The position numbers and the translations under genes were made by a program. From a virus, in IMG/VR virus record IMGVR_UViG_3300009690_000003: a stretch of 35,898 nt of DNA. One strand, 5' to 3'. The first letter of the stretch is position 1. Each line of letters begins with the position of its first letter. Positions 28,904 to 35,525 of the stretch are shown here, one piece after another. Under the pieces are notes generated by a model that had not been told where the DNA came from, did no database searches, and saw only the letters and a program-made list of their open reading frames with translations.

Positions 28904-30534
28904 ACACTGAGCATTGCTTTTACCTGGAAACCGAGGGCGGCGACGTTTTGGAAACCGAAGGCGGCGAGGATATTTTGCTGTACTGCCTGGTTGAAGGGGC
29001 GATTACTTACGGGTTGATTGTGGACTGGGATGGGCTGGGCCTGTTTGGTCACGGCTGCAGCGAGGAGGATTTTATTGTACGCTGGAGCGCAGACCGGGGC
29101 CGAGAGCGGCTGATCGGCGGACGCGGGCAGGGGTTTGAGCCCTACCGGGTGGGGACGCTGCGGGTGACCCTGGATAACAGCAGCGGGCGCTACAACCCTT
29201 ACAATACGGCAGGGCCGCTGTATGGCAAGCTGCGCACCGGTAAGCAGATGCGCTTCCAGGCGGCCGTGTATGACCCTGCCGAGCCGCTGGGTTTTGTCAG
29301 TTATGACCTGTTTGCCGGGACGCTGACCAACCTGACGCCTGCGGGCTGGAACAAAAATGCCTATATGGATTTTGAAGACGGGCTGGGCAGGCTGAACGGG
29401 GTGGAAATTGAGCAGATTGGCACGGATGCCTACCAGGACGATGTGGCGGGCTGGATCAAGAACATCGCTGACCTGGCCGGGTATCCCTACGATGTGCAGG
29501 CCAGTGAAAATGACCCGAATGACGCCTTTCTGGCGGTCATGTATATCCCGCCGACAGATGCGCTGCAGGAGCTGCACCGTCTGACCAGCGCAACACTGGG
29601 GTCGATTGCCGCTGAGGCCGACGGCACCCTGGCCTATCACAGCATCCACGATGCGGATGCGGCGGAGATCACACTGACGGACGAGAACACATTGAGTGAT
29701 GTGATGCTGCCCCTGCCCTGGGAATATGTCCGTGACCGGGTGGTGGTGCACGGCTACCAGCTGGACTGGTGCTATTCCGTGACCCCCAGGCCCTTTGGCG
29801 ATAACACACCACGGGTGGACGTGCCCGCCGGGGAAAGCGTGACCGTCCAGGGGAAATGGCACTTACGTTTTGCTATGGATGATGGCACGATAATACGCAA
29901 AGTGCTGGTGGGCGGCTGGCCGGGCAATAATTTTACAAATATGCAGGTGTGGTCTTCGACGACGGGCAACTACGCGGACCGGGCAATTTCATCTTTTGTA
30001 ACAGGCACGGTGGACTTTAACGGGGTGGACTTTATGATCATGACCTTCAGCAACAGCAGCGGGGTGACCCGCTACGTGCACGAGGTGGTGCTGGACCCGG
30101 CCGGATCGTATCAGTTTGAGCCGAAGGACCGGATGTTCAGTTATGGTGGTGAGCGGACCGGCTTTTGCAACGGCGAGTTTGTGATCAAGAATAACCTGTA
30201 CTGGTCTGTTTTTATGTGGCTGTTTGCCGGATCATCCTATTATTCGAGCGTGATGGCCAACATCACCGCTGCGCAACAGGCACGGCTGGACCGGATCGGC
30301 GGGTTGCTGATCGACTACCTGAGCGAGGAACAGCCCTTCCCGGTGCTGCAAATCGAGCAGCGGCCAGAGGTGCAGTTTGGGCTGGAGGTGGAGCGGCGCG
30401 TGCATTACACCTCAGACCAGCTGGGAATTGATGCCGATTACCGGGTGGCGGGACTGAAGCATGAGACGCTGGGAACGACCCAGGCGGTGCGCACGACGGT
30501 GTTTTTATACCCGTTGATACCGGATGGATCTTAA
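28900..30534 (+). CDS. Minor tail protein (distal tail / Dit-like)
   Basis: ATGA overlap with the tape measure gene. GTLRVTLDNSSGRYNPYNTAGPLYGKLRTGKQMRF matches the siphovirus tail component pattern. The N-terminus has a tandem LETEGGD duplication. Confidence 0.6.
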   Translation: MNTEHCFYLETEGGDVLETEGGEDILLYCLVEGAITYGLIVDWDGLGLFGHGCSEEDFIVRWSADRGRERLIGGRGQGFEPYRVGTLRVTLDNSSGRYNPYNTAGPLYGKLRTGKQMRFQAAVYDPAEPLGFVSYDLFAGTLTNLTPAGWNKNAYMDFEDGLGRLNGVEIEQIGTDAYQDDVAGWIKNIADLAGYPYDVQASENDPNDAFLAVMYIPPTDALQELHRLTSATLGSIAAEADGTLAYHSIHDADAAEITLTDENTLSDVMLPLPWEYVRDRVVVHGYQLDWCYSVTPRPFGDNTPRVDVPAGESVTVQGKWHLRFAMDDGTIIRKVLVGGWPGNNFTNMQVWSSTTGNYADRAISSFVTGTVDFNGVDFMIMTFSNSSGVTRYVHEVVLDPAGSYQFEPKDRMFSYGGERTGFCNGEFVIKNNLYWSVFMWLFAGSSYYSSVMANITAAQQARLDRIGGLLIDYLSEEQPFPVLQIEQRPEVQFGLEVERRVHYTSDQLGIDADYRVAGLKHETLGTTQAVRTTVFLYPLIPDGS

Positions 30535-30545
30535 ATAAGGAGATA

Positions 30546-31163
30546 ATGATGGTTAAAATAAGTGAATTGAACGTGCTGAGCGAGCCAGCACCCAACGATG
30601 AGCTGCTGATCAGGGATGTTTCTGAAGCGCTGGAGGCGGCACAATCGAAAAGGGTTAAGCTGACGAACCTGTCTGTTGGGCCTGTTGGCGCGGTAATTCA
30701 ATACGCTGGCACGAGCGCACCGAACGGTTGGCTACTGTGCCAGGGCCAGGCTGTATCCAGGGCTATCTATGAAGAACTATTCGCAGCGATCGGTACGATC
30801 TATGGGGCGGGGGATGGATCGACAACGTTCAACCTGCCGGACCTAAGGGGTAAAGTTCCGGTTGGCTTGGATTTAGCTGACTCTAAATTTGATGCTTTAG
30901 GAAATATGGGAGGGGAAAAGTCGCATGTGCTTAGTGTTGATGAAATGCCAACCCACACACATATCCAAAATTCTCATGGTCACACCATTAAATACACCTC
31001 TACTAAGGCAGGCAGTGGGGCAACTATCGCATCAGTAAATGGCGAATTAACAGCAAGCGACGTTGTAAACAATGCAACGGCTACAAATAAAAATACGGGC
31101 GGAGGTAAAGCGCATAACAACCTGCAACCCTACATGATTTTGAATTACATCATCAAAATATAA
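30546..31163 (+). CDS. Tail fibre protein with phage tail-collar domain
   Basis: PNGWLLCQGQAVSRAIYEELFAAIG..YGAGDGSTTFNLPDLRGKVPVG...HTH...HNNLQPYMILNYIIK is the tail-collar (MdpB-like) signature. Confidence 0.85.
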   Translation: MMVKISELNVLSEPAPNDELLIRDVSEALEAAQSKRVKLTNLSVGPVGAVIQYAGTSAPNGWLLCQGQAVSRAIYEELFAAIGTIYGAGDGSTTFNLPDLRGKVPVGLDLADSKFDALGNMGGEKSHVLSVDEMPTHTHIQNSHGHTIKYTSTKAGSGATIASVNGELTASDVVNNATATNKNTGGGKAHNNLQPYMILNYIIKI

Positions 31164-31177
31164 GTGGAGGTGAAGTG

Positions 31178-32716
31178 ATGATCAGTGGTAAAGGCATTTA
31201 CATCTGGCAGCTCAAACGCTGTGAGGGCGGGGATATGGCGAAGGTGGTTGACCGCCTGAAATGGGCGGGCATGACCCACGTGCTGCCGAAAATCGCCGAT
31301 GGGGTTCACAGCGATGTGAACGGAAACTGGACCTACCTGCCCGCCCTGGTGGACCTGTGCCACAAGGCCGGGATCAAGGTGTTCGCCTGGCAGTATATTT
31401 ACGGCGGCAACCCGGTCCAGGAGGCGATCCGGGCGGTGGTGGAGCTGAGACGGCTGCCGTTTGACGGGTTTGTGATCAACGCCGAGCATCAGTTCCGGGA
31501 TTTGGCAAACAATAAAACGGCCGCAAAGGAATATTGTGAGCGGATCCGCCAGGATTTCCCGAACCTGCCGCTGGGGTTGTCCTCTTACCGCTACCCGCAT
31601 TATCACGCCAGGTTCCCGTTCACCGAGTTTCTGACCTACTGCAATTTCAATATGCCCCAGGTGTACTGGATGCAGGCCAACGGCACGGTGCCAGCGCAGC
31701 TTGAAAATACGATCAAAGCCTACGAGCCTTATCCGCAAAGACCGATGATCCCGACCGGCGCAGCCTTTGGCGAGCACGGCTGGACGGCGGTTCCAGCAGA
31801 CCAGGCAATCTTCATCAACGAAGCCAAGCGGCACGGCTTGACCGGGTGCAATTGGTGGGAATATTACGAGGCGTTTCACCGCTTCCCTGAGCTGGGAAAG
31901 GCGATCGCAGAAAACAACACGGATTGGAGCGATAACATGACAGACCCAGAACACTCACCTTTAGAACGGCTTTACTGGCCGTGTGATGAGAAATGGAAGG
32001 TAACGCAGTACTTCGGAGAACGCCCGAACGTCTACACCATCAGCAGAGGCCACAACGGTTTGGATTTTGGCATCCCCGTTGGCAACCCGATCTATGCCGC
32101 TGAAGCTGGCCTGGTTGAGGTGGCGATGGAACAAACCACAGGCTACGGGCGTCATGTCAGGTTGCGCCACAGTCACGGGCTGACCATCTACGGGCATCTA
32201 TCCCGCATCGATGTTTCGGTGGGGCAGGCGGTGCACGCCAAACAGCGCATCGGCTTATCCGGTGGGGCCACATCGGACCCGTACGCGGGCATGAGTACGG
32301 GCCCGCATCTGCACTTTGAGTACCGCTGGGATGTGACCGCACCGCAAGTGCCTGGGGGATATGCTTACAACGCGGTCGACGTGCTGCCTTTGCTGATCAG
32401 CCATACCACAGAGAAGCCCATCATGCGCGCCAGGGTGATTGCGGGTGCCCTGAACGTGCGCACGGGTGTTGGCACAAGCTACACCGCCTTATACCACTAT
32501 TTGAAGGGTACGACGGTGGATGTGTTCGAAGAAAAGGATAACTGGCTGCGCATTGGCATTGGCCGCTGGTTCTCGGGCTTACCGGCGTATGTTGAACGGC
32601 TGCCCGCACCCGTCGACCCTGATCCCGAGCCACCCGATCCGACCGACCCTGAGCCGGTGCACGACCTGGCGTGGTTGGTGCGGATCCATACAACGGATAA
32701 AGAGGAGCATCCGTAA
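31178..32716 (+). CDS. Three-domain lysin: TIM-barrel glycosidase-like, M23 peptidase, SH3-like
   Basis: M23 motifs HNGLDFG...GHLS...GPHLHFEYR. C-terminal ARVIAGALNVRTGVGTSY...DNWLRI is SH3b-like. The N-terminal ~250 aa look like a glycoside-hydrolase-type barrel. GGAGG RBS. Confidence 0.8.
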   Translation: MISGKGIYIWQLKRCEGGDMAKVVDRLKWAGMTHVLPKIADGVHSDVNGNWTYLPALVDLCHKAGIKVFAWQYIYGGNPVQEAIRAVVELRRLPFDGFVINAEHQFRDLANNKTAAKEYCERIRQDFPNLPLGLSSYRYPHYHARFPFTEFLTYCNFNMPQVYWMQANGTVPAQLENTIKAYEPYPQRPMIPTGAAFGEHGWTAVPADQAIFINEAKRHGLTGCNWWEYYEAFHRFPELGKAIAENNTDWSDNMTDPEHSPLERLYWPCDEKWKVTQYFGERPNVYTISRGHNGLDFGIPVGNPIYAAEAGLVEVAMEQTTGYGRHVRLRHSHGLTIYGHLSRIDVSVGQAVHAKQRIGLSGGATSDPYAGMSTGPHLHFEYRWDVTAPQVPGGYAYNAVDVLPLLISHTTEKPIMRARVIAGALNVRTGVGTSYTALYHYLKGTTVDVFEEKDNWLRIGIGRWFSGLPAYVERLPAPVDPDPEPPDPTDPEPVHDLAWLVRIHTTDKEEHP

Positions 32717-32750
32717 CCCCTCTCCCATCCTCTCCCCTAAAGGGGAGAGG
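32717..32750. repeat. C-rich hairpin repeat, copy 6
   Basis: CCCCTCTCCCATCCTCTCCCC TAAA GGGGAGAGG, starting directly after the lysin TAA. Confidence 0.85.
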
Positions 32751-32783
32751 AGCTTTCGCCGCTTACAACATGTTTGGAAACTT

Positions 32784-34085
32784 ATGAAACTGGATGCGTT
32801 TTACCGGGAGGTGCTCAGCCGAAAGGGGCTGGCCCAGGACATCATGCGGGAATTGTACGGCGCCATCCTATCACAACAGGCGGCCAAGATGCAGATTGCC
32901 GGGATCCGGCGGCATGTGCGTTTTAAAGAGAAGATGGAGACGCCCGAGGAGAAGCAGCAGGACCTGGACGAGCGCAGCTACCACGAGGACGGCACCTGGA
33001 CGACCAAGCGCCTGATCATGCTTTCGGAGGAGGAGAGCCAGGACCCGCAGGCGATCATGGTCAAAATGGGGCTGGACCCGCTGAAGTGGGATGTGGTCAG
33101 CTTTAAAATAAAGCGCAACTGGTGGGATACGCCGATGAAGCTGAAGGATGAGGACGGGGTGGATCACGCCACGTCCCGGCGCAATTACCAGTTTTTGGTC
33201 GAGCTGAGGGTGAAGCCTTCGGGGTTGATCAGCACGGATGTGGTGGCTAAAGTGTTTGCGGACCTGCCCGCGCCGGAACTGGAGCTGTTTAGCTATCAGC
33301 CCGGCCGGAAGATGCTGGAGCTGCCGATCATGGACCTGCACCTGGGCAAGCTGGCCTGGGGCGAGGAGACCGGCGAGGATTACGACCTGAAGATCGCTGA
33401 GCAGCTGTACAGGGATACTGTACGTGATTTTTTGGGCAAGGTGAGCCATTACAGCTTGCCGATCGAGCTGATCCTGTTCCCGGTGGGACAGGATTTTTTC
33501 CATGTAGACAACACCACCAGCATGACCACGGGGGGCACGCTGGTAGACACGGACACGCGCTGGGCTAAGATGTATGACAGCGGGGTGCGTTTGCTGGTGT
33601 GGACGGTGGATCAGCTGCGTCAGATCGCCCCGGTGGAGATCATGTACGTGCCCGGCAACCACGACAAGACGCTGAGCTACTGTGCGGTGTACACGCTGCA
33701 TGCCTATTATCAAAACTGCGAGGCGGTGGCGGTGGACCTGAACCCGGGTCCCAGGAAATATGTGCGCTATGGCGTGAATTTGATCGGCTTTTCCCATGGC
33801 AAGGAGGGCAAGCGCATCTTCAACCTGATGCAGCAGGAGCGAGCCCAGGATTGGGGTGAGACGATCTACCGGGAGTGGCATTTGGGCGACCTCCACCATG
33901 AGGAGACGAAGGAGGAGGGCGGCGTCAAGGTGCGGCGGATCAGTTCGATCACCGCGGCGGATGCCTGGCATGTCGAGAAGGGCTTCCGGGCCATCCGGCA
34001 GGCGCAGGCGTTTGTGTGGGATCGGGAGCAGGGGCCGGAGCTGATGATCGATAGCAATGTGATGGTGAGGGAGGAAAGGGATTAG
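32784..34085 (+). CDS. Calcineurin-like metallophosphoesterase with an N-terminal extension
   Basis: Motifs DLHLG, GQDFFHVDN, VPGNHD, GFSHG and GDLHH appear in the canonical order. The ATG at 32784 was chosen because the upstream part of the track ORF overlaps the lysin. Confidence 0.7.
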   Translation: MKLDAFYREVLSRKGLAQDIMRELYGAILSQQAAKMQIAGIRRHVRFKEKMETPEEKQQDLDERSYHEDGTWTTKRLIMLSEEESQDPQAIMVKMGLDPLKWDVVSFKIKRNWWDTPMKLKDEDGVDHATSRRNYQFLVELRVKPSGLISTDVVAKVFADLPAPELELFSYQPGRKMLELPIMDLHLGKLAWGEETGEDYDLKIAEQLYRDTVRDFLGKVSHYSLPIELILFPVGQDFFHVDNTTSMTTGGTLVDTDTRWAKMYDSGVRLLVWTVDQLRQIAPVEIMYVPGNHDKTLSYCAVYTLHAYYQNCEAVAVDLNPGPRKYVRYGVNLIGFSHGKEGKRIFNLMQQERAQDWGETIYREWHLGDLHHEETKEEGGVKVRRISSITAADAWHVEKGFRAIRQAQAFVWDREQGPELMIDSNVMVREERD

Positions 34086-34117
34086 GGAATGGGGAATAGT
34101 GAGTAGGGATTAGGAGA
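34083..34117. repeat. TAGGGAW-type heptamer array (5 units)
   Basis: TAGGGAA TGGGGAA TAGTGAG TAGGGAT TAGGAGA. The first unit contains the stop codon of 32784-34085. Confidence 0.75.
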
Positions 34118-34123
34118 TACTTT

Positions 34124-34179
34124 TGTCATTGCGAGGAGCGCAGCGACGACTGCTTGCGTCCTGTAAAGGAAGCAATCTC
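34124..34179. repeat. GAGATTGCT...GCAATGACA repeat, inverted orientation, long variant
   Basis: TGTCATTGCGAG...(33 nt)...AGCAATCTC. Confidence 0.75.
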
Positions 34180-34306
34180 AGCTTGGGCGTGAAAGGTATT
34201 CGATGAAGCAACCGTCTGGTGTGGGAGCAGGTACCAGGAAGATCCATGGCAGCACAGCGTTTAAAGCTTAACCAGCCCTGTTGGGTGCGCCTGCTCAGCT
34301 TCATAC

Positions 34307-34331
34307 GCGGGTTCGATTCCCGCCACGTCCA
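34307..34331 (+). other. Orphan tmRNA/tRNA-Ala-type 3' end (T arm plus acceptor 3' strand)
   Basis: GCGGG TTCGATT CCCGC CACGTCC A, with T at the position corresponding to U70 of a G3:U70 pair. No matching 5' acceptor strand (GGRCGTG) within 300 nt on either side. Confidence 0.55.
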
Positions 34332-34493
34332 CTGATTGCCTTTTTAGAAAAGGCGCCGTACTGGAGTGAGTACACGATAGCCGCCCACCATGCAGGGTAA
34401 TCTGTCCCATACACTCAATGGGTTGCTAGCAAGAGCGTAAAATGGGCATGGAAGGCAATCTTAGTCGACCTACCACGAGTAGGCACGATAGCA

Positions 34494-34524
34494 AACACCG
34501 CCAGGGATGGCGGTGTTTTGGTTT
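34494..34524. terminator. Bidirectional intrinsic terminator
   Basis: AACACCGCC AGGGAT GGCGGTGTT forms a 9-bp stem followed by TTGGTTT. It lies between the end of the plus-strand late transcript and the 3' end of the minus-strand peptide gene. Confidence 0.7.
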
Positions 34525-34530
34525 AAAGAG

Positions 34531-34623
34531 TCAGCTGGGATCGGGCGAGTTAAAGTATGCGATCAGGAAAATGATCACGATCAGCGCATAAACGACGATT
34601 TCTGGGGTGGAGAGTTGATCCAT
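34531..34623 (-). CDS. 30-aa hydrophobic peptide
   Basis: MDQLSTPEIVVYALIVIIFLIAYFNSPDPS has a single TM helix. It ends at the terminator and is divergent from 34707-35201. Confidence 0.4.
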   Translation of the reverse strand: MDQLSTPEIVVYALIVIIFLIAYFNSPDPS

Positions 34624-34706
34624 GATATAAATATTACATCAAATGGGGAAAATCATATATAATTAACTTACACGAACTTAAGTGGTTTTGGGAAAAGAGG
34701 GTTGAA

Positions 34707-35201
34707 ATGTCTGAATTCTTAACTTTATCTTGTCCAACATGCAGTGGAAAACTGCAAATTACTGAAGATATTGATCGTTTCGCTTGTGCTCATTGCGGTA
34801 ATGAGCATGTTGTAAAAAGAAGCGGCGGCATTGTATCTTTGAAGCCAGTTTTTGAGGCAATGTCAAAGGGGGTTGATAACACAGCAAGTGAATTGGCAAT
34901 CGCTCGGTTAGATAAAGAAATTGACGAAATTAGCGAGAAAATTGCGACCTTGCAGACACAAATCGACGCATCAGCAGGATATTTGGTTGGTGGCTTGATT
35001 ATTACTGGTATTGGCGTAGCTTTGTGGATTGGGCTTGAATGTGCTACCGCTGGTTTTGGGTTGATAATTCCTGGAATAATTGGAATATTGATGTTTGTTG
35101 CTTCACTTGAAAAAAAGCCTGAAAAAGAAAAACTTCAAGAGAAACTTAAGGAATTAAAGACCAACCGAAAAGCCCATTATGATAAAGTGAACAATATTTA
35201 G
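34707..35201 (+). CDS. Zinc-ribbon / coiled-coil / double-TM membrane protein
   Basis: CPTCSGK...CAHCGNEH zinc ribbon, a helical linker, then two hydrophobic helices (LVGGLIITGIGVALWIGL, GLIIPGIIGILMFVASL). AT-rich moron-like gene with an AAGAGGG RBS. Confidence 0.7.
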   Translation: MSEFLTLSCPTCSGKLQITEDIDRFACAHCGNEHVVKRSGGIVSLKPVFEAMSKGVDNTASELAIARLDKEIDEISEKIATLQTQIDASAGYLVGGLIITGIGVALWIGLECATAGFGLIIPGIIGILMFVASLEKKPEKEKLQEKLKELKTNRKAHYDKVNNI

Positions 35202-35226
35202 CATTCCATAAGGAAATTAAAAGGGA

Positions 35227-35249
35227 GCAGCCGCCTTTTTAGCGGCTGC
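35227..35249. terminator. Hairpin after 34707-35201 (T tract only on the minus-strand side)
   Basis: GCAGCCGC CTTTTTA GCGGCTGC. Confidence 0.4.
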
Positions 35250-35301
35250 TGAGAAGGGGGAGGGTAAGAATTTTCTCCTTGCCTCTCTACCGGTTCAACC
35301 G

Positions 35302-35317
35302 GCTTTTCCTTCGCAGG
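35302..35317 (+). repeat. 16-nt copy of the tRNA anticodon-arm sequence in inverted orientation relative to the tRNA gene
   Basis: GCTTTTCCTTCGCAGG equals the sense sequence of tRNA positions 23-38 (complement of 35409-35424). Confidence 0.85.
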
Positions 35318-35375
35318 TGAACTCATTATAGTTTATTCTTGGGAAAATTGCAATAATTTGTATGGGTTCAATACA

Positions 35376-35447
35376 TGCCCCCGACCAGATTCGAACCGAT
35401 ATCTTATCCCTGCGAAGGAAAAGCTTTTTCCATTAAGCTACGGGTGC
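35376..35447 (-). tRNA. tRNA-like gene, anticodon CGC (Ala-type) but without G3:U70; two stem mismatches
   Basis: Hand-folded cloverleaf of 72 nt: GCACCCG TA GCTT AATGGAAA AAGC T TTTCC TTCGCAG GGATA AGAT ATCGG TTCGAAT CTGGT CGGGGGC A. U8, A14, G18G19 and the GTTCGAAT T loop are present. A3-G70 and U28-U42 are mismatches. A TATAAT lies 12 nt upstream. Confidence 0.6.
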
Positions 35448-35525
35448 ATGTGTTAATAATTATACGCCGGTCATAAAAAGAATTAATATATATGGCCGAT
35501 ATTTTAGGATGGCACTAAATACCGA

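Noticed and set aside
28729-29862. 377-aa minus-strand ORF antisense to the Dit-like tail gene. Similar long antisense ORFs lie at 32871-33971, 16841-17764, 5429-6157, 6828-7589, 31145-31954 and 15852-16544.
   Set aside because: These are shadow ORFs of GC-rich genes. Each lies fully inside a well-supported plus-strand gene. They have Arg/Pro/His/Gly-biased low-complexity translations, no RBS and no recognisable motifs.
10471-32750. Whether the recurring hairpin repeats constitute a CRISPR array.
   Set aside because: The copies are kilobases apart and differ in sequence. They are not separated by uniform spacers, and no cas genes are present. They are dispersed REP/MITE-like elements.
32520-32783. 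Upstream 88 codons of the track ORF 32520-34085.
   Set aside because: They overlap the 3' end of the lysin gene and the hairpin repeat. The ATG at 32784 follows the repeat and begins the protein-like sequence.
34100-34331. Possibility of a complete (or permuted two-piece) tmRNA gene ending at 34331.
   Set aside because: There is no 5' acceptor strand complementary to CACGTCC upstream or downstream. There is no tag reading frame ending in a typical ..AA stop context, and no CCA. Only the 25-nt 3' end is tRNA-like.
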